Positions 19,857-29,022 of a DNA stretch of 64,000 nt are shown piece by piece. The notes under the pieces were generated by a model. The model ran no database searches. It was given only the letters and a program-made list of their open reading frames with translations, and was not told the DNA's origin. The DNA lies in the NCBI GenBank assembly GCA_964036045.1, contig OZ038378.1, positions 172,360,001 to 172,424,000 of the forward strand, given 5' to 3'. Numbering within the stretch: the first letter of the stretch is position 1; every line of letters starts with the position of its first letter. Source of the DNA: Eutreptiella sp. 'Long Island Sound 2002'. Lineage: Eukaryota; Protista; Euglenida. A program made the translations under genes and the position numbers.

Positions 19857-22250
19857 ATGTCTGAACACATGTTGTTGGCTGCCCCACATGGCTCCCAACG
19901 GTTTGACCGGACCTCAGTCCCCATCGCAACAAGTCTGGTGCTGGGGCTTGGGGTTGCTGCGGCCTTGGGGCTCGCTACTCTATGGACGCAGGGAGTCGAC
20001 CCTCGGCAGCAGTGGTCAGTCAGCGGCGTTGCCATGCAAACACGACCGATCGTTGCGCGTCCCCACACACTCCCTCCGGCCCATGGCACGCGCGACGCAG
20101 CGGTGCATCACATCCGCGCGACGGACGCCACCCCTCCCACAATGCACGGGCGCCCTTCGCAATACGACCCGAACCGTCCCCCCATCGACGCCACGACTGG
20201 CGGAGCTTTGGCCCCGCTGTGGCTCATCGTCCCGGCATTTGTGGGAGCCGTTTGGATGTGGCTGAGAAGGTCAAGAGCTGCAACTCCGACCGAACAGCCC
20301 ACGCAATTAGCGATGTGCAGTGTCACGGGGGCCTGCACTCGCCCGGATCCTCAGGCCCGAAGGGCACGTCTGATGCAGTTGAACGCAGTGCAAGAAGAGG
20401 CCCCGGACCAGGCGGCAGAGCCGCTGACCATTGTACAGCCGTCCGATGCCACGATTGGAGGCGCGGACCTGTCGAAGTTCTTGGACGCCAGCAAACGGAC
20501 CCGCCTCAACGGGCAGTACCGCGGGACCCACATCGGGGAACAGGTCACGGCCTACGGGTGGGTCCAGGCGTACCGCAATCAGGGGGCCATCATCTTCGTG
20601 GACCTGCGCGACCGCGAGGGCGTCGTGCAGCTGCGCTTCGACGCCGGCGTCGGGGACGGCTCCGCCCACGAACTGGCCAAACAGCTGCGGGCGGAGTGGG
20701 TCGTGGCGGCCACGGGCGAAGTGGTGAGCCGCGGGGCGAACGTCACCGACAAGATCCCGACGGGCGAAGTGGAGATCCTATGCTCCGATCTGGTGGTGTT
20801 CAGCGACGCCTGCACGCCGCCGTTCGAGATCAAGGACGAGGTCGAGGTGCAGGAGGTGCTGCGCCTGAAGCACCGGTACCTCGACCTGCGCCGGCCCCGC
20901 CTGGCCCAGAACCTGATCCTGCGCTCCAAGGTCAACCTCCTGTCGCGGCAGTACTTTGCGGACAACGGGTTCCTGGAGGTCGAGACGCCCATTCTGGGGA
21001 ACCCGACGCCCGAGGGGGCCCGGGACTACCTGGTCCCCAGCCGCGTGCACCCCGGCAGCTACTACGCCCTCCCGCAGTCCCCGCAGCAGTTCAAGCAGAT
21101 GCTGATGATGTCCGGGGTCGACCGGTACATGCAGATCTGCCGCTGCTTCCGGGACGAAGACCTGCGGGCGGACCGGCAACCGGAGTTCACGCAGTTGGAC
21201 CTTGAGATGAGCTTCGTCACCCCCGCGGACGTGCGCGCGCTGCTGGACGGGTACGTGAAGCTGATCTGGAAGGAGGTCTTGGGGGTGGACGTCCCGACGC
21301 CGCTGCCCCAGATCACGTACGCCGAGGCCATGGAGAAGTACGGCATCGACCGCCCGGACCTGCGCTTCGGGCTGCCGCTGACCGACTGCACGGCGCTCAT
21401 GCGTGACCGCGTGGACTTCGTCGTGTTCAAGAACGCGCTCGCGGCCGGGGGCATCGTCAAGGCCCTGTACATCCCCGACGGCAAGGCGTTCTCGCGGAAG
21501 GACCTCGACAAGTCGTTCCCGGCGGAGGCGCGGCCCTTCGGGGCCAAGGGCGTGGCCTGGGCCCGCGTCGGGGCGGAGGGGGCGTGGACCGGCCCCGTGG
21601 CGAAGGGGGTGTCGGAGGCGCTCCGGGCGGACCTCAACGCGGCGCTCGGGGCGGCGGAGGGCGGGCTGGTGCTGTTCTGCGCCGACGCGCCCGCCGTCGC
21701 GAACGCGTCGCTGGCGCGGCTGCGGGTCTACGCCGGGGAGCGCCTGGGGCTGCTGGACCCGGCGGCGTGGGCCTTCACGTGGGTCGTCGACTTCCCGATG
21801 TTCGAGTACGACGCGGAGGAGGGGCGGTACTACGCGATGCACCACCCGTTCACGAGCCCCCGGGCCGAGGACCTGCCGCTGCTCGCCACGGACCCCGCGA
21901 AGGTCCTCGCGCAGGCCTACGATCTCGTCCTCAACGGGACGGAGCTCGGGGGCGGGTCCATCCGGATCCATCAGTCGCACGTGCAGGACACGGTCTTCCG
22001 GACCCTGGGCCTCGCGGAGGCGGAGGTGCAGGACAAGTTTGGCTTCTTCCTGCGGGCGCTGCAGTACGGCACCCCGCCCCACGGGGGCCTGGCCCTGGGC
22101 CTGGACCGCATGCTGACGTACCTGTGCGGCGTCGACAGCCTCCGCGACGTCATCGCGTTCCCCAAGACACTGCGGGCGACGGATCTGCTCACGGGCAGCC
22201 CTTCGGAGGTCGACACCGAGCAGGACCCGGCGAAGGCTTTGGCGAAGTGA
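19857..22250 (+). CDS. aspS: Aspartate--tRNA ligase, bacterial type, with euglenid class-I bipartite plastid-targeting presequence (797 aa, intronless)
   Basis: IFVDLRDREG OB-fold, RLKHRYLDLRR, motif 1 GFLEVETP, ARDYLVPSR, YALPQSPQQFKQMLM, motif 2 FRDEDLRADRQPEFTQLDLEMSF, GAD insert, and motif 3 PPHGGLALGLDR. The N-terminal ~210 aa have two hydrophobic segments (SLVLGLGVAAALGLATLW and ALAPLWLIVPAFVGAVWMWL followed by RRSR) separated by a T/A/P/R-rich tract. Start chosen as the first ATG after the SL relic. Confidence 0.95.
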   Translation: MSEHMLLAAPHGSQRFDRTSVPIATSLVLGLGVAAALGLATLWTQGVDPRQQWSVSGVAMQTRPIVARPHTLPPAHGTRDAAVHHIRATDATPPTMHGRPSQYDPNRPPIDATTGGALAPLWLIVPAFVGAVWMWLRRSRAATPTEQPTQLAMCSVTGACTRPDPQARRARLMQLNAVQEEAPDQAAEPLTIVQPSDATIGGADLSKFLDASKRTRLNGQYRGTHIGEQVTAYGWVQAYRNQGAIIFVDLRDREGVVQLRFDAGVGDGSAHELAKQLRAEWVVAATGEVVSRGANVTDKIPTGEVEILCSDLVVFSDACTPPFEIKDEVEVQEVLRLKHRYLDLRRPRLAQNLILRSKVNLLSRQYFADNGFLEVETPILGNPTPEGARDYLVPSRVHPGSYYALPQSPQQFKQMLMMSGVDRYMQICRCFRDEDLRADRQPEFTQLDLEMSFVTPADVRALLDGYVKLIWKEVLGVDVPTPLPQITYAEAMEKYGIDRPDLRFGLPLTDCTALMRDRVDFVVFKNALAAGGIVKALYIPDGKAFSRKDLDKSFPAEARPFGAKGVAWARVGAEGAWTGPVAKGVSEALRADLNAALGAAEGGLVLFCADAPAVANASLARLRVYAGERLGLLDPAAWAFTWVVDFPMFEYDAEEGRYYAMHHPFTSPRAEDLPLLATDPAKVLAQAYDLVLNGTELGGGSIRIHQSHVQDTVFRTLGLAEAEVQDKFGFFLRALQYGTPPHGGLALGLDRMLTYLCGVDSLRDVIAFPKTLRATDLLTGSPSEVDTEQDPAKALAK

Positions 22251-22260
22251 GGGCTGTGTC

Positions 22261-22305
22261 ATGCATGACCTATGGCCATGCATGACCTGTGGCCATGCAT
22301 GGCCA
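22261..22305. repeat. 17-bp tandem repeat (x2.6) containing a perfect 16-bp palindrome
   Basis: atgcatgacctatggcc atgcatgacctgtggcc atgcatggcca; tggccatgcatggcca at 22290-22305. Confidence 0.85.
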
Positions 22306-24095
22306 TATAGTCTCGCAGAAACCATCGTCATGCGTGACCAGGGTCAGCTACCTGTCCTCTCCCTCCGTTGGCCTTTAAAAGGGCGGTGCAGCGCGCCGGC
22401 GGGGCCAACCCATTGCCCTCCCGCCCCCCGAAATCAGTGCCGTCACGCTTTATGCCACTGCCTGTGGGGCCGGGTGAGGGACGACAAGGGACAGCACGCC
22501 GAGGCAGGGCTGTGTGCCCGCAGGCCAAACTCAGGGGAGGGGCTGCCCACGGAGCTACTCCCGCCCCAGAGGGGCCCTCGACCGGCCTCGCGGCCAGACC
22601 TCTCCCCTATTTCCCCCGCACCACGACCGCTTTGGAGGGGGAGACTGAAGTGCAGTGGGCAGCGACGGGGCTGGGGAAACGGAGGGGCGGGTGCCGTCGG
22701 GCCGTGTCGTCCGTGAACACGCTGCTGCAGGCCCAAAGGGCTGGCGGGCGGCGGCGGGATGAGGCGCCCCCGATCAGTTTTGCACGCCCTCCGTCTTTGC
22801 TCAGGACCAACGGCGTGTACGCGGCGGCGGGGCTGAGCTGCTCGATGCGCTCGTCCTGCGGCTTAAGGGGCCTTTTCCGTGTCCGTTTGGGCCGCATCGC
22901 TGGACCACGTGGCTCCCCAACGCCCGTTTGTGGGGGTGGAGGGGGCCACGGGGAGGGCTTTTCGGGGGGGGTTCCCACCGGAGGTGCCTCACGGGGTCTG
23001 TGAGTGTGGGGGAGGGGACGCACCGCCGGGGGCCGGCCGTGTGCAGCCACCGATGAGTGTTGTCGGGGACACAGGGGACTAGGGGGGGAATGATGTGCGG
23101 GACGGGGGTGTTTCATTGGGAGGGGACCGTGTGGCATACCGAAATCCGACGCCACATATTTGGTATGACTGGCTGGTTGGCAGAGATCATTTCTGGGGGG
23201 AGTGTGCGCGCGCGGGGTGGGGGGGTTCGTGGCTGAGCGTAGGGTGTCCGTCCCATTGCTGGCGATTGCACCCGTGCGTTCCTGCCCCAGTCGCGTGCAC
23301 TCCGCTGCCAGCGCTCACAGAGGCGCTGACAGAGGCGACACACACGCCAGACATTTGGAGGGTGCGCCCCACGACATGCGATATGGGTCACAGAGCCAGA
23401 GGGATCCGGATCAACGAGTGCTGCCCATCGGGACTGCGCTGTATTCCCAGGCGTTCTGCCCGCGGGGTGAGCCCCGCCGACCATAGGTCAGGCGGGTCAT
23501 GAGGATTGTGTGCTCGGGCTGAGGATCCGTGGGCCCTGGAGGCGGCGTGTGGAGCCTGGGGGGCGGGGGGAGGGGGGGGCAGCGGCCAGGGTCGTCTGAT
23601 TCCTTCGCTGACCCATGTGCGCACAGCGCTGTGCCGGCGGGTGTTCCCAAGGCCATGCCCTTTGCTTGTCCTGTCCATCGCCCCAGTAGTGGGGCCTACC
23701 CTGAACCTGCCGGGACCCTGGGAGTCCGGTGGCCACGGGGGCTCAGGGTCCAGCGGACAGTGATGACGGATGCAGAGTGTGCCCGAGGATTCCCGGCTCA
23801 CTGGGCCCGTACCCCACGGGGGGCAGTGCCGCCCTCTCCGTGGGCGTGCGCAACTGCCCACGATGCTTTCGGTTGGGTCGCCGTGGGAGACCGGCGTGTT
23901 GTTCCGCACTGCCGTGTTGTGGTTCATGCGGTTCTCATTGTGTGTGTGGGTGTGCGCGTGTGAGTGTGTCTTTCTGAGAGTCTCATTTCTTTTCGAAAGG
24001 CGCGGAGTGCGTGTCATGAACTGGCGGGTTTTCACACGTGCCTGACGAGAATTCTGCACTCAGCGCTTTTCTAAGTGCCTGTTTGTCGCGTACAT

Positions 24096-24096
<1 letters not shown>

Positions 24097-24145
<49 letters not shown>
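24097..24145. repeat. (GT)n microsatellite
   Basis: Directly visible. Confidence 0.9.
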
Positions 24146-24639
24146 GCTGAGCACCAGCCACTGTTTGATGTTGTGTCTGTTTTTATATATCATGGGTTCT
24201 GCACTGCCATCAGATCCACATCATTGCGCCTTGTCGCTGTGCGGGCGGGATGCCCGCACCTCGTTCAAACCGTGTCTCCGTGGCCACCCAGGTGTTGGTG
24301 GTCTAACTCCAGCCCATGAAGTGGGAGATTCGGTAGGACTGGCCGCGTACCCCTCCTGTCCCATTTCTGCCAGTGGAAGGGTGACGGTCAGGGTCTCAGA
24401 AAAGGGCACTCAGGGGTCCGCCGACACTCAGGAGCGCCTGAACACTTCACCTCCTCCTGTCACCCTGTCACTCAGAAAGGTGCCTAGCCCACGGTTTCTT
24501 CACCCTCCCGTGTCTGCCCCAACAAGAAAGTCGATTGTCCAGTGCTCTGCTTTGTTGCCTTTAGGGGGGGTGTTTGGGTGACGATTGTTCCTTCATTTGT
24601 TCATGTGCGTGCTCCAGCCCCCAAGCCTTGTCTTGTGAA

Positions 24640-26740
24640 GGTCCGTGATGCTGAATCCGGGTGTGGGGGTCTGAGGGCAGGTTGTGGTCCAGGCAAGGGA
24701 TGCAAGATGTGCTGGCCCAGTGCATCACACCTCAACAAACGGGATTTATCGGGGCAGAAGCATTTTGCGACACATGTACGCGGTCTCTGTGGGAGTCCTT
24801 TTCTGTGGAGGGTGGGGCGGCACTCAGCATTGATTTTTGCAATGCATTCCTGAAGCCACGCTGAGAGTCATGGGCATACCAGTGGAAACGGTAATCCTGA
24901 TACTTCACCTGTTGCATGATACTTCACCTGTTGCATGATACTTCACCTGTTGCATGATACTTCACCTGTTGCAGGCATCATTTCTTTTTCCGGTGGGCTC
25001 CGGGTATGTGCCAGACATCCAACACTGCCCGGAGTTGGGAACACGTCAGGGTGACCCTTTCTCACTGGCCTTATTCTCTTTGGTTGTGTTGTTGCTAATC
25101 CACTCCATCAAGCGCGTTTGCCCGGATGCCATCGTTTTAATGTATGTGGACGACGTGATCATCTCCTTTCTAGGGGCGGGGGATGCTCACAAATGAACGT
25201 CAGTGCTCAAAGCAGTCCATGAGTTTGCGGAGTTTTGAGGCCTTCGCATGAATATGGGCAAAAAGCTAGGAATCATCTCGAATGAACGGCCGGATGCATG
25301 CTGGTTGGCTATGCGGGGGAGGGTATTGATGTAACACACTTCATAAAATAGCTCGGGATACAGGTGGGCAACGTCATCACACACAACCAACAGGTGGACG
25401 GTTTGATGGGCCTCAAGCGTTTCGCTAGCCATACAAGAGTCCTTTCGCGGGGCACGGTTTTTGTCCACATGGGATACAACGCTGCTAGAAAGATTGTTGT
25501 TCCTGAAAATATGGGTTCTCCCTATCATGGCCTAGATGGCCAAAGCGTACTTCCCCACGTGGTCAATAGTGCACCAGTTGACTCTCATTTGTAAATTGGC
25601 CCTTCGGGAAACGGATAGGGGTCTCGCGATGCCCATCCTCTCACAACTAGCAGAACAGAGAGGGAGGGGGGGGAATTTGGCCTTGCCGCAGGTGTTCTTG
25701 TAGCACTAGGCAATGTCCTCTTTGTGCATATGGTCAATACGCCAGAGCACTTCCCGACAACAGTCAGGCCCCAATTCCATGAGTGGTGTGATAGATTGGG
25801 CTTCTCCTATAAGCCATGGCATCTACCCTATGTCCTGCTGGGGATGGTTTGCACAACAGCCCTGTCCTTCATGGTGTTGTCGGCGAAAGCTTTCTCCCTT
25901 TTGCGCCGACACCCTGGTTAAACTGCCAGATGCACTTGAGGACATGCCTATTTGGCATAACATCTACTGCCGGAATTAGTACTACTGTTGCACACTAATC
26001 TAGCCAGGGGTGCAAACCTGGGGCCAATTTTTTGGTGAGGACCACCCAGAAACCACAAGGCCCTTCCCCTAACTTGGAAGCTGGGTTCCAGAGCGGGGAG
26101 ATGAATTAAGACCTCCGTCGCACAACAGGGCGAATTTGATTTACCCTCAATGTGGCTTGCCTGTTGGGGAAAGGGTTTGCTCCTTTGGTTTGTCAGCCAA
26201 GACCCAACAGTAATGACGTGACAATTGGATTGGGTGTGGGAAGAGTGGGCAAGGGCCAAGCTCCACCCCACAACAAAAGAAATTGTTCAAAGGGCTCTTT
26301 GGAGCAAACTGATGGTCCATGACCGCATCTTTGTTCTGTGTGGAACAGTGGACTGCCCGCTATGTGGCAAGCGGGAAACGGTCCAGCATGCCTTGTCAAC
26401 ATGCTAATTCTATCCGGTCATTTATAAATTTCTTCACAAGACCTAGGGGGTTACAAGGGCCTTGGGATGGGTAGATGACCTGGAGGATGGTAGTGTAGGT
26501 CCTGTGACAATGCAGCAGCTGGACTGTCAAGGTCGGCAGGTCCACACTTTCATGGAGCCCCTTGGGCACCTCCTGTGGGTGGCATGGAAGGCACAGTGGG
26601 TCCTCCAATGGTGTGCTAAAGGCGGGGGGAAGACCACGCTAGAAATCTTTCTATCTATATGGATCCAAATGCTCGTAAAATGGGCGTCCATGATTGGGGG
26701 CAACATAGGTGGAAAGCGTGGATCAATGAATTCAGACTAG
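24640..26740 (+). mobile_element. Degenerate non-LTR retrotransposon (L1/Tx1-like LINE), RT plus C-terminal zinc finger
   Basis: ITPQQTGFI, LSIDFCNAF, GTRQGDPFSLALF, LMYVDDVII, then LHPTTKEIVQRALWSKL...CPLCGKRETVQHALSTC (zf-RVT type CCHC). Many stops and frameshifts; 5' truncated. Confidence 0.85.
24898..24973. repeat. Perfect 19-bp tandem repeat x4 inside the LINE RT
   Basis: tgatacttcacctgttgca at 24898, 24917, 24936 and 24955. Confidence 0.95.
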
Positions 26741-27573
26741 CGCTACAGGAAAACTTGGTGCACCCCGTGGGCCTCATGACTGCTCCCTAGCCAATGATAC
26801 CGCAGGATGCGCGACGACGGGACCCGGGGCACGGAGGGGAGGTGGGGGAAGAACAAGCTGGGCGACTCCCCTCCCAACACAGTGAAAGCACGCCAAAGAA
26901 GGCCAAGACACAACCAATAGTGGAGCTGGCCCAACAACAAGTTTAACAAGCAGCGGAGGAGGGGTGGCGACTACATACTCGGAGTCCGACACAACAGCCA
27001 GTTTTGGCCCTCATACTTGCTGCAGCATTTGTAGCCCCCCCAAAATTTCTGCTACATTGTTAGTTTGTCTGACATTCAAAGGCAACGGCTCTGAGATTTG
27101 TATTTCCGGGGAGGTGGAGTCTGCCTGCCTGCGAAAACATGCCAAACCCTCCTGCCTTGTGCTTGCTCCCCTTCCACAATTGCTTGGACGACCCATCCAC
27201 ACTTACTTACTTACTTACTTACACATACACTTGATCATTAGGGCGCAAGGGAAAGTGCAACAATGGCAGGGCACAGCGTGGGTGGGCGGGGGAGGGGGGA
27301 CCATCAGCATTATAGTCATAGTCATAGTCATAATCACTCATCATGCCGCCTAATGGAGTCATCAACAGCATTATATCCATCAACATTATACCCGTTTGGG
27401 AAGAGTTGCTGGGAGAAGTTCAGCGAGCGGACAGAGAGCTGTGGTGGCTATGTGCAACGAAACCGCCCACCAACTGTCCGTAAAAGGCATGTGCATGAGT
27501 GGGATGTGGGTCCAGTCACACACGTTTTTTGCAACGGAGCGGAGTGGGCAACACCTACACGCATCGGAACATT

Positions 27574-27647
27574 CACCGGAACCATAGGGGCATAGCTCAC
27601 AGATCCCGGACACCGGAACCATAGGGGCATAGCTCACAGATCCCGGA
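27574..27647. repeat. Perfect 37-bp tandem duplication
   Basis: caccggaaccataggggcatagctcacagatcccgga x2. Confidence 0.95.
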
Positions 27648-27874
27648 AACAGGTGTGGTGCAAGAGCCCATGGAGACAGAATTGCAAATGCGAGGATCCG
27701 GGCTCAATCTGGCTTTTGTTAGGCCTCATTGAAATGAGTGAGCAAGACACGGAAGGAAACAGTTGTGGTGGGGGTGAAATTGGCACAACACAAGTACGAG
27801 GACTGCAGCTAACAGATTCTGCTTCGGAGGGGGCGTCAAACGGATGTCACTAACAACGTCGTCACTTAATCCCC

Positions 27875-28411
27875 ATTGAGTGATGAGCTGACCCAAGCCA
27901 GCCTAAGAAACATTCGATAGCCAGCAGGCGAACTCAAGGCAACATTCAGTATTGGTTTGGAAGTGCTGCAGTGCAGGAGAACATTGATGAGCAGTGACCG
28001 GTTGCCTGTGACACGGGTGCGTTCGGTCGCTAAGTATCCCTTGCTTCATGGCCCTCCAGGGCGTGAGTAGTGCGGCAGATTGGTGGCTCCGCTGCCGGGA
28101 CTGAGTGTTGTCTCAGCCCCGCCTGCTGTTCAAAGAACTGCTGTCTAAAGAACAGAGAGAGTGGGGAAGCATAGAGATAAGCCCTAGGTGCATGGTTCAT
28201 GGCTAATCGGCGCCAATGGGAGGGTGACCCACACAGCCAGGAAACATTCGATAGCCACCTCGTGTAGTGATCTCAAGGCAACATTCGGCCCTGGTCTAGT
28301 TTGCGCTGCGGTGCAGCAAGGCAAAACAATGCACCAAGAGAAATGTGACCATATGCCTGTGACACGGGGGTTATATGCGAGCTCTGTAGCCGTTGCTTCA
28401 TGGCCCTCCAG
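27875..28411. repeat. Diverged tandem duplication (~350-bp period) upstream of the ABCG start
   Basis: ~27875-28059 and ~28215-28411 share gaaacattcgatagcca, ctcaaggcaacattc, tgcctgtgacacggg and ttgcttcatggccctccag. Confidence 0.75.
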
Positions 28412-28467
28412 CATTTCACAGGCACACTCTCACACCACCTCTATGTCAGTGTGCATTTTTTGGTACA

Positions 28468-29022
28468 ATGTACACGGGGAGCCCATACTTCCCATATACA
28501 AATTCTGGCGTCTTCGACGCGCCGCGGCCGCTCTCTCCAATTTATGCTTCGCCATACGGGAGTGCACCTGCGACAGTGCCCAGCCCTGAGCCGGGCTTCT
28601 ATGGCTATGGGCAGCCGCTGGCGCAAATGCCTGCAGCGTATGGCGGACATGAATTCTATCCAACGTATGGGCAGCCTCAACAGAATATGTACAGCACGGC
28701 AGCCCCTTGGCAGACCTATGCAGCCCCTCACAGCAAAGAGAAGATCGAGCGTGGGCGAAACTTGGAGAGGGACCAGGAGCCTGCGCCGGAAGTTAGAGGG
28801 CGCGCGGGCATTTTCAGCATCATTTCATATCTGCTGAGCCGGAGGAAGGAGGGCGATGAGCACGAGGAGCTCGTGGGAAAGGGCTACGAGCGGGACGCCA
28901 AGCTCTATCTGGAGGAGTATGAGAAGTACATACAGCAGGTGGGGATCCAACTGCCCAGCATTGACATCGCGTTCAAAAACATGCGGTTCACCGTCAAGGA
29001 CAAGAAAAGCGGGCAGGAGAAG
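28468..29022 (+). CDS. ABCG (White-family) half-transporter exon 1; model join(28468..29022,31035..31259,33796..34002,34533..34904,39063..39467,40592..40989,46098..46281), 781 aa
   Basis: MYTGSPYFPY... P/Y/G/Q-rich N-terminus, then LPSIDIAFKNMRFTVKDKKSGQEK, ending aag|gtcctc. All seven exons join in frame through GT-AG introns (2346 nt). Confidence 0.8.

Noticed and set aside
20490-22250. Bacterial contaminant or prokaryotic island
   Set aside because: The core is fused in frame to a euglenid-type leader, has no operon neighbours, and is embedded in eukaryotic repeats.
19982-22331. Long alternative-frame and antisense ORFs over aspS (407, 517, 237 and 233 aa)
   Set aside because: Shadow ORFs caused by the extreme GC3 of the real frame; Arg/Pro/Gly-rich with no motifs.
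24898-27647. CRISPR-like arrays (19-bp x4, 37-bp x2; also the 30-bp array at 55200-55630)
   Set aside because: Units are head-to-tail without unique spacers, there are no cas genes, and the context is eukaryotic.
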